Shown here piece by piece: positions 12,691-26,836 of a stretch of DNA of 64,000 nucleotides. Position numbers and translations under genes: made by a program. The stretch covers positions 4,528,001 to 4,592,000 of the forward strand of contig CM119373.1 in NCBI GenBank assembly GCA_051294905.1. The letters run 5' to 3'. The notes beneath the pieces were generated by a model that did not search any database, was not told the origin of the DNA, and was given only the letters and a program-made list of their open reading frames with translations. The DNA is from Botryllus schlosseri (Eukaryota). Position 1 is the first letter of the stretch. Each line of letters starts with the position of its first letter.

Positions 12691-14075
12691 CAGCGGTTTT
12701 CAACCTTTTTGGACATGCGCTTCCCTTGGCGATGGTCTAAAAAATGGCGCCGCTCTGACCATGTCAAAAAGAGCACATCCTCCAATACTTATGTAGCCTG
12801 AGGCCGCTTTCCATGGCATAGCTGTAATGAACTAACTGGACGCAAAATACCTATGGTAAACTGTCCATATCCATTCCCGGTGAACTCCGGACTATTCTAC
12901 TTTTCACAACGACCTGTTGTACGCAGCGAAATCGTGAGTGGTAATGTTATGAATAGTTGCTTGGATAGCATTGTCGTGCAGAACACGAAGAATTTTAAGA
13001 TCCACGAATGAATTCCGTAAATATTAGTAGTCATATCACATATTACTATCAAATATTTATCCTTTCTCAGCCCATGTGATCAGATTCACCGGTAGTGTTG
13101 ATGGAGGGAGTGCTTTCGAAAATTTAGGGCAAGTTATAAATGATAATGCATCTTTGGCTGGGCCAATTGTTATTAGAGACTTTATTGAATGCTGTTATTT
13201 CTTGACCCCCATCGGGATTGTCGATTGTATCGGTAGTGTAAATAGTGTAGTGTAAATATACTGAAATCACCCAAAAGTAACATAAACAAATTTCGTTCGC
13301 GAGGAGCACGCGATTCCGGTTCCCGCTTAGATTAAGAAGGGCTCTCTTATATTAAAACCGAAAAATGAAGTCGTGTTAAATTGCCCGAAGCGCGAAGAAA
13401 ATTTCAAGATTAATTAAAATCTCTCAAAAATTCGGTAGTGAATTCGTAATTTCAATTTGCATGTCGACGGCCGCCAACAAATATACTAATTGAATCAGGT
13501 GTCGACGGCCGCACAAATTCCCTTCTACGGCCGCAAATTACCCACCCCTGATGTAATAGTCTACATATGGTATATGTTACGCCAAGTTTGAAACCGTATT
13601 CCAGTTGTTGAGTCTTTTACATTTCTCACAAATTTCCCCAAACTTGTTTGAAAGTAAGAAAAACCATTGACAACAGGACATCGATATATTTCAAGGTATG
13701 TTGCACTAAGACTATAATCCTAATTCTGGTAGTGACTACAGAGAGCACGGCGTCGTTCTGTCCAGCCATGCTGAATTTGATCAGTTTCGCAATTGAATTA
13801 AATTGTGTTGATGTAGGGTAGCCTAATTGAAGGCAAAACCGGGAAACCTTATATTGCATCCAAGTCTGTCTTAGGCACTGCGGTTCGCCAGCTACAACAG
13901 CTACCCAGCGCACCGAGCTTCAGGCTACTGCCAAGCTATGAAGTAATGAATGACTTACACGTGGGAATTGCTCTATATCTTCAAAGAATATCAAAAATTT
14001 GCTCAAGTGAAGTTGAAATCCGCCTATACTCCTTCTCGTGCCCACCACTCCCCCCCCCACGGTTGAGAACCACTG
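12691..14075. mobile_element. hAT (Charlie-like) non-autonomous element
   Basis: TIRs cagcggttttcaacc / ggttgagaaccactg; TSD gtagaaat / gtataaat. Confidence 0.75.
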
Positions 14076-15182
14076 GTATAAATTGTTAGGGTGATATCGG
14101 TAGCAGGTATTGAGACCCGTTTTTTACTATGCTCAATATCAATTTAGTAATGGTCTGATGCCGAATACGATGTCCGGTCTGGCCTAGACAGTTGAGGCGT
14201 AACCTTATATTCCCTTGCAAATTCTCGTCCAAATTATGGGATTATGAAATTATTTGATTGCTCCGATTGATACATATGGTGACGAGTAAAAAGTCAGCAT
14301 GAACTTCAGCATTGTGGCATAATGTAGCCTTAGGCCCTTTTCATACCGGATTTACGAAACTCTTTCGAGAACAAGTTCCGAAACAGGCGATGTTCACATA
14401 GAGAAAAAATGACCGAAACAGTTCCGGGAAAACGGCGCGTTCATACCTATTTAGAGTTACCGCGAACTTATGTTCATACTGGTCGTTTGTTCGGTAAATT
14501 CGCGGGAAATAATGGCCAGTATGAACGCGATTCTCCGTAAGTGTTGATAGTTACGAAACCATGTCTGCGGGGTGTTCCAGTTGTAATATGCTTGTGGAAA
14601 ACAATGTGGGAGAGGCATATACGTGAGATGCGGAGAAGTTGGCTCCAACTTTTAGCTATGGGATGTTGCGGATATGCCTTCGCGAAGTGTATGGGGCTCT
14701 AATGCTCTATACTCAATATCTGTATCAGTAATAGAGCCCGAGCATGTTCCTGGCTTGTATATTATCAACCGAAGCTGAGAGCAGAAACTGAAAGCCAGCA
14801 AAGAGGATAGAGTCCTGGAATGAAAAGAGCCACCAAGGCGATCACATCTGCGTACGAGGTACGACAAAGTCAGTTTATCTTTGTGATTGCTGTATAATAA
14901 TGGTTTGGGTAAATCTAATCTTATGTACACTGTACAGAGAAACCAGGGAAATCGAGAAATTCGTCAGAGAAACATTTGGTATACTCTGCGACGAGCTTCG
15001 AGACCATAACGAAAAGCAGCAAGCAAATTACACGAACTCAATTTCTCTTGCTTGCTGAGTAGCTGTCGCTCTTTCGAGGCTAGCCAATGAAGCCAATCGT
15101 TTATAGATCCAGGTAAACATCAGATGTATTTTAAGAAGGCAACTGTCACAAGTTGATTTTAATAAAAATTGCTGGTGCCTAG

Positions 15183-15686
15183 TAGGACTAGCCACAATGA
15201 TTCGAGTACTCGAATCTGAATCGAGTATTAACTTTATTGATTCGAGGCGAGTAGTAAAATACTACTTTTCGAGTAGGCTACTGAAAATATACTGAAAGTT
15301 GATTTACTAACGAGAATTATACCGTAGTTTTGATAAACTTTTCCGCTGAGTAAGCCTTGAAACCTTGATTGGCCGTGTCGCAACATACGAGATATAGTAC
15401 AAAGCTACGAACGTTGCTGGAAATAACACATTTCCGAAGTCTTGGCCATCCCATATAACACTGTCAAGCAGTGCAATGAAAACGGTATGGTCGAAAAAAC
15501 ATTGAAGTATCTTTAATGTGACGGACAATAGGCGTATGTTCTTTATGGTGGCATAAAAGGTAGCCTACACATTTGAATTTTGGCATGGTACATTGTGTTG
15601 TAATGTCATCATGATGATACTCGACTCAAAACGTAATAAGTGATTCAGAATCGAATCACTCAGGTACACAATTTTGCCCAGCCCTA
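15183..15686 (+). mobile_element. MITE derived from the 8415-10983 hAT family, nested in the decayed Harbinger
   Basis: Ends match the hAT ends (cacaatgattcgagtactcgaatctgaatcgagtatt ... ttttgcccagcccta); TSD gtgcctag / gtgcatag. Confidence 0.85.
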
Positions 15687-16293
15687 GTGCATAGTAATAT
15701 TTCTATATTTGTCATGGCGGAATGTCAGCCAGTTTTTGCTTAGCATACCACTGCAAAAAGGTCAGACAAATTTGGTCTTGAATCATTATGTCAGAAAAAG
15801 AAGTCTGAAAGACCAATTGTTCTTGCCACGTAGGCTACTTTCTGTCTCAAAAGTAAGACCCAAATTGATGGAAAATAGACTTAAACTGGAAACTGAGCAA
15901 TCAACACAATGACTTGGACTCGAGTCATAAAACCATTACTCGAACTCGACGCTCTGCTCGATGAGTTGGGCTCGGATTTGACTCGGTGATAAATTGAAAA
16001 TGACTCGACTTGAATATAGTCAAAACTATTGAAGTGGGATCGACTTGTGACTTGGTTACAACCCTGCTCACTTGACTGAAATTGCTGAAAATGAGACCAA
16101 ATTTGTATATTTTTTGTAGTGTAGTCAGACATGTACATCAACCTACTTATTTAGTTACTTTTAGTTACTAAAACTATGTAGTTCTATTTGTGGATTTGAA
16201 AAAGTGAATATTTTCTGGTTCTAGTTGCGGATATTTGAAAGTGAGTAGTTCTAGTTCTAATAGTGAGATTTTGAAAAGTTGATAGTTCTAGTT

Positions 16294-16957
16294 CAGGGCC
16301 GGCCAACCCGTGGCCCGCGAGTTAATTTCCGAAATTAGTAGTATTATCAAAAATGGATTGCACAGATTGTGAACTTGCTAGGCCAATCAAAAATTTGATT
16401 AGTCTGGCCGCAGCACTTGAGATGTGATGACTGAAATATCAGTTCCGACGCATTGGTAGGTCTATGAGCCAGTCACATTTTGGTAGATCTTCATACACTA
16501 CAATAAAGCAGAATACTTTGTGATAGATTAATCAAAAGTAAAAATTTTCTACACGCTTAGCGCAACATCTTGTCACTCGATTTCTTGCTTTTAATATTGT
16601 TACCCCTTTGTGAAAATGAAAGAACGCCTAATCTATCAGATTGAGTCTAACTATATATATATTCGCAACATCCCGTTTGCGCTCGCAGAAAGACCGGCGA
16701 CTATGAAACCTAGGCACAAAATGATTGCCGCATGTTGGACGAAGCTTTCGATATCGATATGTCCAGGTGCCGAATAGTCCAGTCCTTGCAAACTGAGGCC
16801 AACGATATGCATCAGGCTTGCAATATAGTGGGGTGACAATGTTATTAATTTATCAACTTCAAAAATTTTTCGTGCTTTGCGCGTCTAGTGGCCGGCACTG
16901 GCAGAATAGTTCGTCAATCGAATGTGGTGATTTGGCTGAAAAGGTTGGCCACCGCCG
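16294..16957. mobile_element. hAT (Charlie-like) MITE nested in the decayed Harbinger
   Basis: Ends cagggccggccaacc / ggttggccaccgccg; perfect TSD ttctagtt. Confidence 0.75.
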
Positions 16958-18916
16958 TTCTAGTTGCTAGTTTAAAAAATTGAGTAGTTCTAGTTGAAGT
17001 TGCGCATTTTGAAATTCCAGTACTTTGTACAAGTCTGAGTGTTGTGGGTGGATAAAAAATTACCACAGCAACATTTGTACCAAACATGCATTTGCTGCAT
17101 TCAAGTTTTCTTCAGGATGACTTCATGATTGGGAGCCAGAGGGTTCCGTACTAGCCTACATAACTGATGACGCAGCCTATCCCTTTCAGCCCCGGCTCAT
17201 GGAGCCTTTTCCCTGAAACACAAACAGAGCATAAGCTAAAGCTAATTTCAAATATGTAATATAAATTTCCTTTCTGCTGCCCTTAAAATTCACAATTGCT
17301 TTTTCAGAAACTTGGCAACGCACACATGAAGGTTGAAAGATTTTGGTCGACTGAAGGCGCGGTGTTCAGCTTTTCTCATAAACTGCAATCCGCTAAGGCC
17401 AGAATGATACAGAGGATGGTATACGCAATGAAGACAAGACCTGGTGGTGATCCAAGTATCGCTGGCCCAGACGTCGGAAATGCCCTGTGTGACTTTCTCA
17501 ATAAGCAATGCTCTTGCTTAACCAGATGTGTTTGTCTTTGTGCTGTTTTATTTTATTCATGAGAGAAACTATAACTTAATGCACACTTGCACATTTCCGC
17601 CTTTTCACCTTTTTCATCAGTATCCTCCATCTAGACCTGCGAAAAGATCACATTAAGTTACACTTGCCTAACCTTGCATAACAAAGGAATGACTTGGTTG
17701 TAACAAGAAAATGAAGGCATAGGTGAAAACCAAATTATGGCTTGGATGATGTACGATGGCTTACCAGCCCGTTGGTACAATTTGAATTTTGGTTAGTGAG
17801 TCAGAGCTAAGGACATCATTCTCTGCTGTGCTACCACTATCAAAGCAGATGTTACCAAATCCCCTTTTCAGTAGGCGTATATGACGGTGACTAACCTACA
17901 CGCAGCATATCCGTGCTTAGAAACTTCCCTTTGATGTAACAAATTTGGGAAGGGTTAAGATCACCTACCAAATTAGTGTTGAAGTGCTAACGTTTTCAGG
18001 CAACTCACCAATGCTGCATCATTTGGAGATGGTGTTCTACCTTTTAAGCCGTGCTCTGTTTACAAAACCACAGAAAAAAGAAGCCGACTAGTAGTCAGTG
18101 ACTACGTATTGTGAGCATACAGAATATAAATCCAAGAATAATGCATTCCCATCACCATTACCAAGAAGATCAAAATGCCGCAGGTATCTGACCTCGAAAT
18201 ACAAGCAGCCTGAATGAACAGCGCGTTACGGTAACTAAAAGTTTGATTGACAGCGTTCCGGGAACCCAGCTGCGCATTCGTGTTCATACTCAGTCGGTCC
18301 CGTAAAAATCTCCGAAAATAAGCGCGTTCATACCGCCCCGAATCACCAGTGTTATGTTCACATAGAGGGGTTCCGGTAAACATTTTCGAGAAATGTTATT
18401 CCCGGAACCCCGGTATGAAAAGGGCCTTAGTTGTCGCTAGGTATCGCGTACGACTTTGTATACTACTTCGCTATAATGCAGTGGTTCCTGACCGGTGGCG
18501 AACTCCCCACTGGTGGGGAATTCAATGATTTCAAGTGGGGAATAAACCCATTTGTTAAACACTATATAAGGATAGTCTACATATTTACGGAGGGACATGC
18601 GCATTTACCGTTACTAGTTAACTGCTCTGGAATGTATATATCAAAAACTGTTATTGCGTGTTGTTCACAAAAACTCATTTTTAACTCCGGATAACCAATG
18701 ATGGCGTCAAACGCATCCAGCACGACCTGTATGACTTGAAATAACGCTTTCACTAAATTTTGAGGGTTACCGGTATCGGTTCGCAATACGTACTGTATTT
18801 ATGTGGCAGCAGACATGCCACTCCTGGGTTTTTCCACCCAGATCTTGGTTTTTCGAGGATCACCTACAGGGTTTCTGGAGTTTTGTCCTTGAAATCTATT
18901 CTTTTTTTCAACATCA

Positions 18917-19143
18917 CGTCGTCGCAATGGAATCAAAGTGACTTATGTCCAGTTTTCAAATTTTGAAGGTTCATTTTTAAAATCATTTTCATTTTTTTTC
19001 GCCCATATCTTGGCCATGGTTTTGTCGCTGATCACGCTAATCAAGGCCAATATATGGCTGAGAGAGGATGAAAACTTTACGTACAGTCAATTTTGTCAAA
19101 ATGTGTAAAATGGACATAAGTCACTTTGATTCCACAGCGACGA
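18917..19143. mobile_element. Small MITE with ~35-bp TIRs
   Basis: cgtcgc..tggaatcaaagtgacttatgtcca ... tggacataagtcactttgattcca..gcgacg. Confidence 0.65.
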
Positions 19144-19282
19144 TATTCGTCAGGTCAATTTTACGTTCGAAAAATAATTATCAGATTAGTTAGATCTTTT
19201 CAACATCATGTTAGTCACGTCAATTTTAGTTCGAAAATTGGTTATCAGATTAGTAAGATCATATTGTCGCACAATGCACAAC

Positions 19283-20098
19283 ATTGGTCTGATGATAGAA
19301 TTCCGGCTACACTACATGAACATGATATATTATTTGTCAAAAATAGATATTTCATCACGCTGTTATGCGCTATTTCATTGTACTGTTTCGTCTATGCTAG
19401 TGGTTCCCAACATGGGCGATATCACCGCTGTGTACTTTTGCATTTATTGGAACTCTGTGTCGATGTCACAGACTCGTTACAAATGAAAACATAGGCTGAA
19501 GAATGAAAATGCAACATTGCTACCGAACGGTTATAATGTGGCTTACGATCGTATTCGACATTTGCTATGTTGAATCCATATCTTGCAAAATCTTGGCTTT
19601 TGATTGAAATGCGGTAAATAGTTTAGAATTCTTTCATTTACTCAGTATTGCATCACCTGTTATATGAAATCGTTTGGTAGTTCCTATTCTGGGCATATAC
19701 CTGCTGGCTGCTGCGCATCATTTTAAACCCGGATATACGAAAGGCATTGCTAGAGTTCCAGGATAATTTTGCAAATGTACTTACAGTCCACCGAAAGTTT
19801 TCAAGCGAAACATTAATCACCCGTAAGATCCTAGTGAAAATGAAATGTGTTATTGTATATGATTATAAATATACTGCATGCATCGAAAAACGGAATACAG
19901 TAATATATTAAATTTATATCATGATTTAAGGATCAGCCATCAGAATACTCACAGTGCTGATTCCTCTGCAATCATCTGATAAAGCGATGTAACCTGCGAG
20001 AAATGCGATGGACATGAGTCACAAGTCAAAATCACAGTATTTAGATAAGGATGTACTAGGCAGCAATCACCTGACGAGTCGCCTAGACAGTGTTTCAC
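19283..20098 (-). repeat. Inverted partial duplicate of 22826-23639 containing two small host exons (19993-19953, 19830-19785)
   Basis: Reverse complement aligns by eye along ~815 bp; AG/GT sites kept; spliced frame VTSLYQMIAEESAL-ILRVINVSLENFRWT. Confidence 0.85.
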
Positions 20099-21408
20099 CT
20101 AACTCTCTTTTGCTTTTGAGCTACTCTCTCGTTTCGCCATACAGCATTGTTGCGTCCCAATGCCAATCTCCATAACGATGAAAAATTCAAGGCTGATTGT
20201 GGAGGTTCCAGGACCGCGAGCGAAATATATATTTTCGTAATCATTGCAGAGTCAGCTTTCGATTGATACACGTTTTATCGAATTTAATGCTCGACAAGCC
20301 GGTCAAAAATGACCGTCAAATTGCCTGTAGCCAAATGGAAATTGTGACGTGAATCAATTTCACTGAGCCGTGAGATTTGCTTAGTGTCGACACCATATAG
20401 AACACTATGGAGCAATCCTTGTTTAAGATTTCAAGGCGTTCGATAAGCCCGCGGTACCCCAAATTTACTAAGCTCCACTCTCGCACGCACTCTCGGTAAT
20501 GGTTTTCTCGGTATTACCGAAAACGGCCAATGCCAAGAATTAACTTACTGAGAAAGCGTGGCCGAAAAATTTATATCTGAGAATCGACACCGAATGTGGC
20601 GAAGCCGTCATGCACATGCACTGCACACAACCTGTATATATGCATAACATGCCTGTATTGCATATAGGCCTACGTTGCATTGTCGGTAATGTCAATTCTC
20701 GGTAATGGCTTTCTCAGTATTGACTGGACACCGGCCGGCGAGCCAAATTATCAACTAAGACGGGAAACTGTCCGCGGGCCGGACGAAATCCCTTCGCGGG
20801 CCGTATGTTGCCCTCCCCTTGTATAGAGACATCAGTCACTGCATCTTGTTATGACAAACAATTTGGAAAAGGGCTAGCTGAATCTATGGTGATTCACCCG
20901 TTATCAAAAGAACTAAGAAGCATATTGCCTACTTTGTGAAAAGCAACCACCATACCAATGATAAATCCATCAAATATTGTACCGGTTCTTTTTTCAAGTA
21001 CAGTCACTTAAACTTCTTCTTTGACATTATGGTGTGTTCTCTATCAATTGAATTACAGCTGTTGGACATTGAACACAGAAGAGTATATCAGTGAAGCTAA
21101 TTAAAGCCAGGGATTATTATGAGCCTGGCCAGAGTGGACGATTATTGACTATTGTCGGTTGATCGCTACCTGGACTCTTATTATATGTATCTGATACATA
21201 TTTTGTTGGTAGCACAATTATGAACATTGCTGAACCCTAAAGATTTTTAAGGAAAAACTCGATCAGCGTAAAGTTTGGTTTACGGTCGTATAACCTGCAG
21301 AATTTTCGTAGCCTACACTTGCGATGCCGCGGTTTCATTATAACGGCCATGATTAGTGTGTCGATAAATGACAGCATTGCTGCAATTGAACTTTGAGTCG
21401 ATCTATAT

Positions 21409-22573
21409 CGGTGGTCTCAAACACGCGGCCCGCGAGATCATTTTGTGCGGCCTGCGACGGCACTTTGGATTTCGAAGTATTCGACAATATTTAACTACTT
21501 TTTTTTAAATTTGAGAACTTAAAATTCGCTCTAAAACTAGTCCAGAAGCCAGAAACTTCTGATCAAACTTCACTATTACAAAATTTCTAAAGTTACAACG
21601 CTGTGGAAGATTATACCTATTAGGCGACATTACTTCTTTATGATGGTTAAACATGACATGTTGATGATTCGTGCTGAAAATTGTGATTTGTACTTGGGCG
21701 CGACCTTTTGTAGAACGCCGTGACTTGGTACAACCACGGATGCAATAAAGTATCAAACTGGTATGGAAAATAGTAAAATATCAAAAGGTCGTAGCTTGCT
21801 TTTCGTAGCTTATTTAGATATCTAAGCAGGTCGGTATGGCATGATGTTGCCCTCTTAATATATAATTGGTTATATCCTGTGTCATCTTGGGTAGCCTATC
21901 TTTATCCATGTTATTATAGCCAATTAAAGTGGCGAGTATAAAGTAGTCGTAGCCTACGCTTTACAGCTGTAACACAAATGGATTTTTCGGCGATTGGACA
22001 TTCCTATTGCTATGGCACAGTAATCATTGTATTCAGGTTGTTATTGATCTCTGAAAATATTCGAAGGTACATCTAACGCTCATTTAATTCGACCTTGGTA
22101 ATGACATGATTAATAGCCCAGTTATCAGGAGTATACCCGAAACCCGGATTAGACTGTACTGCCCCAATACTCTAATACCAGATCAATCTTCGCAAGCCTA
22201 GAAAATTCTACCTATAATTGAGTCACGTCAAATGTCCGCTAGCTGCAAAATTATAATGCGACAGCTTTGACGATGTCATGATGCATTTCTTCTCTCACAT
22301 GGTTTCTACAACTAACTATTGTGAAAAACTATGTCAAGTACAGTAACAATTTCACTCAAATATCTAAAAATGTTATTCGTGTCAGGCGAGAGTTCACATT
22401 TTCACATCTAAATCACATTTTTGCGATGCGTGTGGAATGGCAGTCTGTAAGGTCCCGTCAAATAAGGCCTACTTGGAAATACATTGATTTCCCCTATTAC
22501 AGGTGCTGCGGCCCGCGTCGCGATCAAAAAGTAGTAAATTGGCCCGCGAGCACATTTGAGTTTTAGTCCTCTG
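21409..22573. mobile_element. hAT (Charlie-like) non-autonomous element
   Basis: ggcccgcg subterminal motifs; perfect TSD atctatat; an inverted internal fragment recurs at ~50185-50425. Confidence 0.8.
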
Positions 22574-22641
22574 ATCTATATGACGGCAGCGTTACGAAGC
22601 CACATCGATTAAGAAGTCTGCGCAATGTTTACTATTGACAG

Positions 22642-23139
22642 GTGGCCAAGCTAAAGGCAGTGGAAATGTTTGTTCCGTTCGATTTAGAGAAGTAGTACAG
22701 TGGTGCGTAAGCTCTGCAGAAATGCTCGAAAGGATATATGCACATTGAAAAGGTCTGGGAAGCACTGCTCCAGGCGGATATGTTATATTCAGAATATCTA
22801 TCATATTCGGTCAACTTTCAGTCAAGTGAAACACTGTCTAGGCAACTCGTCAGGGGATTCGTGCCTTGTACATCCTTACATAAATATTATGATCTTGACT
22901 TGTGACTCATGTCCATCGCATCTCTCGCAGGTTGCATCGCTTTATCAGATGATTGCAGAGGAATCAGCATTGCGAGTATTTTGATGGCTGATCCTTATAT
23001 CATGATTCGAATTCAATATATTGCTGCATTCCATTTTGCGATGCATGCATTATATTTATAATCATCCACAATAACATATTTCATTTTCGCTAGGATCTTA
23101 CGGGTGAGAAATGTTTTGCTTGAAAACTTTCGGTGCACT
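22642..23139 (+). CDS. Upstream small exons of the pentraxin gene, copy A (~22642-22751, 22931-22971, 23094-23139), putative SEA-like domain, apparently damaged
   Basis: Splice sites shared between paralogous copies. Reconstructed ...SSAEMLERIYAxEK-VASLYQMIAEESAL-ILRVRNVLLENF resembles the SEA pattern. The first exon needs frame correction and the second donor is GC. Confidence 0.4.
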
Positions 23140-24424
23140 GTAAGTACATTTGCAAACTTTTCCTGGAACTCTAACAATGCGTTTCGTATATACGGGTTTT
23201 AAATGATGCGCAGCAGGTATATGCCCACAATAGGAACAACCAAACGATTTCATATAGCAGGTGATGCAATGCTGACTAAATGAAATAATTCTACATTATT
23301 TACCGCATTTCAATCAAAAGCCAAGATTTTACAGAATATGGTTTCAACATAGCAAATGTCGAATACGACCATAATCCTCATTATAACCGTTCGGTAGCAA
23401 TGTTACATCTTCAACCAAGTTTTCATTTGTAACGAGTCTGTGACATCGACACAGAGTTCCGATATATGCAAAAGTACACAGGGGTGATATCGACCACGTT
23501 GGGAACCACTAGCATAGGCGAAACAGTGCAATGAAATAGCGCATAGCAGCGCGATGAAATATCTATTTTTGAAAAATACTATATCATGTTCATGTTCATG
23601 TAGCGTAGCCGGAATTCTATCATTTGCGGTCAGACCAATTTTGAATATTTGAACTGTCCAAGTCATTCATTCTGTTATGAAGTCTTAACAATAGGTTCTT
23701 GAACACATGATTTGACCTGCACATATTAGATATATGCTAGATAATGCAGCTTCTAGCTGAGAAAAAAGCATTGATTCCGGGATCATTTGAGTATAGTCAT
23801 GTCCGCACGCGGCCAAAGAGTCTGAAGCCGACACTTGACATAAATTTAGTTTTATATGCGTGATGTACTGTAATAAATCATTGTTATGTACCCAGTTAAG
23901 ATATTTATTCTTGGTATTAAGTGCCAAAAGATCATCGGCAATGAGGATAACCTGCCGGAAAGTAACCGTTAGTTGTCGCTTTGTATGTATGTATAAATAC
24001 CAATCGTTACCCGGAATATTATCTTGAAAATATATAGCAGTGTCTTTCGCAAGCTGCCATAGCGAAAGTCTTATAACGTCACAGAAATCGGAATAGTAGC
24101 AATTCTGTTTTTCGACAGAAGAAATATATAATTGATAACAATGATAACTAAACGTCACTTTGGACTGGTGAATGCCCTGTCAAGCCTATATAGCACTAAA
24201 ATGTCATTCATGAGTCTATGGAAATGACAATTATATGTATTGCGCATAACATATAGTGTTACCACGAAAGAATGATTACGTAACATTCTGATGAGAATGA
24301 AAACACTTTCATCGTCATTTTGACGTAAAGCATGACAGTGAAGTATATATCAATAAACTAAAGGCTTGGCTGCAACAAGCATGACTTAGCCAATATGTGC
24401 TTTTGAAACACTTATACATTGCAG

Positions 24425-24598
24425 ACGAAAGCAGCCTTCGAAAACTTGGAGAAGATTTGCAAACGCAAAGCGGCACCATCGTTTCCATAGACACCGCTAT
24501 TAATCGTGTCGCCACCGTCACGACGGCGGCCCCGTCGATCATTCCCTACTCGACAACGGAAGGTCACGATTTAACGACTCCAATCCTAAAGAATGCAA
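24425..24598 (+). CDS. S/T-rich linker exon of the pentraxin gene, copy A
   Basis: ttgcag|AC GAA...GCA A|gtgcgt; DESSLRKLGEDLQTQSG...VATVTTAAPSIIPYSTTEGHDLTTP; the phase-1 end fits the pentraxin exon. Confidence 0.65.
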
Positions 24599-26836
24599 GT
24601 GCGTCAATAATATATAGTAGATATTATATTATTTCTGATACGAATTGCTAATTGATCGCACAATAATGGTCATACCTTCCGGTTTCGTGGTATCCAATGC
24701 GAGTTGATTCTGTGGTTGAGCCTTCTGTGACGGACATATAAGCAACTAAGCATATCAACAGGGAACAAGAAAGGAGGATTTGAATCGCCCATGACCGAAC
24801 ATGGAGTTTCTAGTATATAGCTGATCGTTGACTTGTAAGTAATTGTATATTCCCAATCATTTGAGCATACAATAACTCTTTTTCAAGACTCTTACTTTGT
24901 TGAGAGCAGTTTTTTTGGTTTTCGGCTTACATCATTATCTTGTCAATTTTCTCCATAATGAAGAGAAATATATATGAACAAAGGTCATTTCACCGCAGCC
25001 ACACGGGATATGCAAAATGCTTCAACTCATTATGCTCTGGTTAAATGTTTGCGATGACATATTGCATAGACGTGGAAGCTTGCTTCAATCGAGACACATA
25101 TATACGTCTATCAGAAATCAGGTGACGCACAATTAGGCTACTATATAGGCATTTAGGTATTGTATATGAGTACATGTATATTCCCGAATCCCGATAAAAA
25201 ATGCAAGAGACTTCACATCTTCAGAATTAGTACCGGCAAATATTCACGAACAACCAATTAGTTTAAACTGACCTAAATTAAAATGTATACCACTGCTAGC
25301 TGCTACGGGTGCTGTTTCGCAAATGATTGAGGTACCTTCCTGCCATCGTATAAAGTGAAAAAAAAAATATTTTGAAATTATTGCAATTTCGTTAAAAATA
25401 TTCATAATAGGTCAGTATACTACCAATTTAGTAATTTTGGAGTCCTTTGTTATAGCGTATGTCATCTTGTAGGCTAGGGGAGAAACTGATATAAATCATG
25501 TGACTGAAAATCAAAGAACAGCAACAAATGTCATTTGGGTTATATACGGCCTCCCCACTCTGCAATCAAATGAACTTATTACTCTGGGAAAATAATTGGA
25601 TGTTAATTACGAATGTTCGGATAATTTATCAAATTCAAATGTTAGTCAACTCACGAGCTTCCTCCCACCTGAAACAGATATTTCCTGGCCCTCAGTTTGT
25701 GCGTTCTATTGTTGGACCATGGTTTCACGCATCAGACAAAGAAATTATATATTGCTTCTGCTAGAATTAGATACAACTCAAAGAAAGCGGAATCTCTCAC
25801 GGGAGCACAAAATTCTACCAAATCAGAGATCTCTTTTTCAAGCCGCACAAAATCAAAAATTTATAGTTTTTTTCTGGTCGCACAACATTTCTCTGCGGCT
25901 CACAGGCTGTAGTGTGAAATATCCCGATTTGACTACTACGAGGTATCCAACTATATATTATTTCGGTGAAATACATTAAGGTTGAGAGATCCTATCGAGT
26001 GGTGAAGTGGCCATTGTATCGTATAATCCAGTGGTTCTAAACAGCCGATCTGTTGTAAGCTTCTTGCCAGTCCGACAAATATAAAATAATTTTATATACC
26101 TTAATTACAAATTACAAAAAATGGACGCCTGGCAATTTTAAAGGAAATTATAACGTAAAATTTGAATTTGATTTGGCAGTTTGTAACGTGTTTTCTAGAT
26201 GCTGTCGTGATAGGAAGTGCATGTTCTATACTTTGGGCGTACATCGCAATTGTGCAAATGTACACGAAATTGTTGGAAGAATAGCCTACAACTTCGGACA
26301 AGTTATATATGTGAAAGCTATGCGGAGACTTTTAAATAAACTTCGTTGAAATTCGATAGTGCAATTAAGCGCCACTTTGCTGTATGCTAGAGGTTATAGC
26401 TAACAGCATATTGACATTTCTTTCAAAGGACACCGAACAATTAAATGGTCTTTAACAGGACGAGCTTCGCCTTACAGAAACTTCGATAGGACCTTGTATA
26501 AATGTCTGATATCGAAAAGGCAACGTTTAATTAGGTTTCTAATATTACGTTTGAGTTGCATACGCTTGTAGTAATAATTACATTTACGGTTAATTGGGAT
26601 TTCGAAGATTCACCGGTCCGCAACTTTCATTTTGTAGCTTTATTGATACAGGAGGTCAAAAAGGTTGAGGCCACCACTCACCAGTCTAATCGAAATCGCC
26701 GTAAAAAATCAGTTCTCCCTGTAAACAATTAGACTTGTAATAATAAGAAGGAATACAGTCATATCGCATTCAATCAAGTTGTTGAATGTAGTAAGACTGG
26801 TTGGAATTTCGTGGGCTAAAAAATTTTTTGTTTTAG

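Larger units (their letters stand above)
14333..18426 (+). mobile_element. Decayed PIF/Harbinger transposon
   Basis: Perfect 17-bp TIR ggcccttttcataccgg with TTA TSD. Nuclease remnants: RETFGILCDELR (~14975), DDAAYPFQPRLMEPFP (~17165), LGNAHMKVER..FGRLKAR (~17310). Confidence 0.85.
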
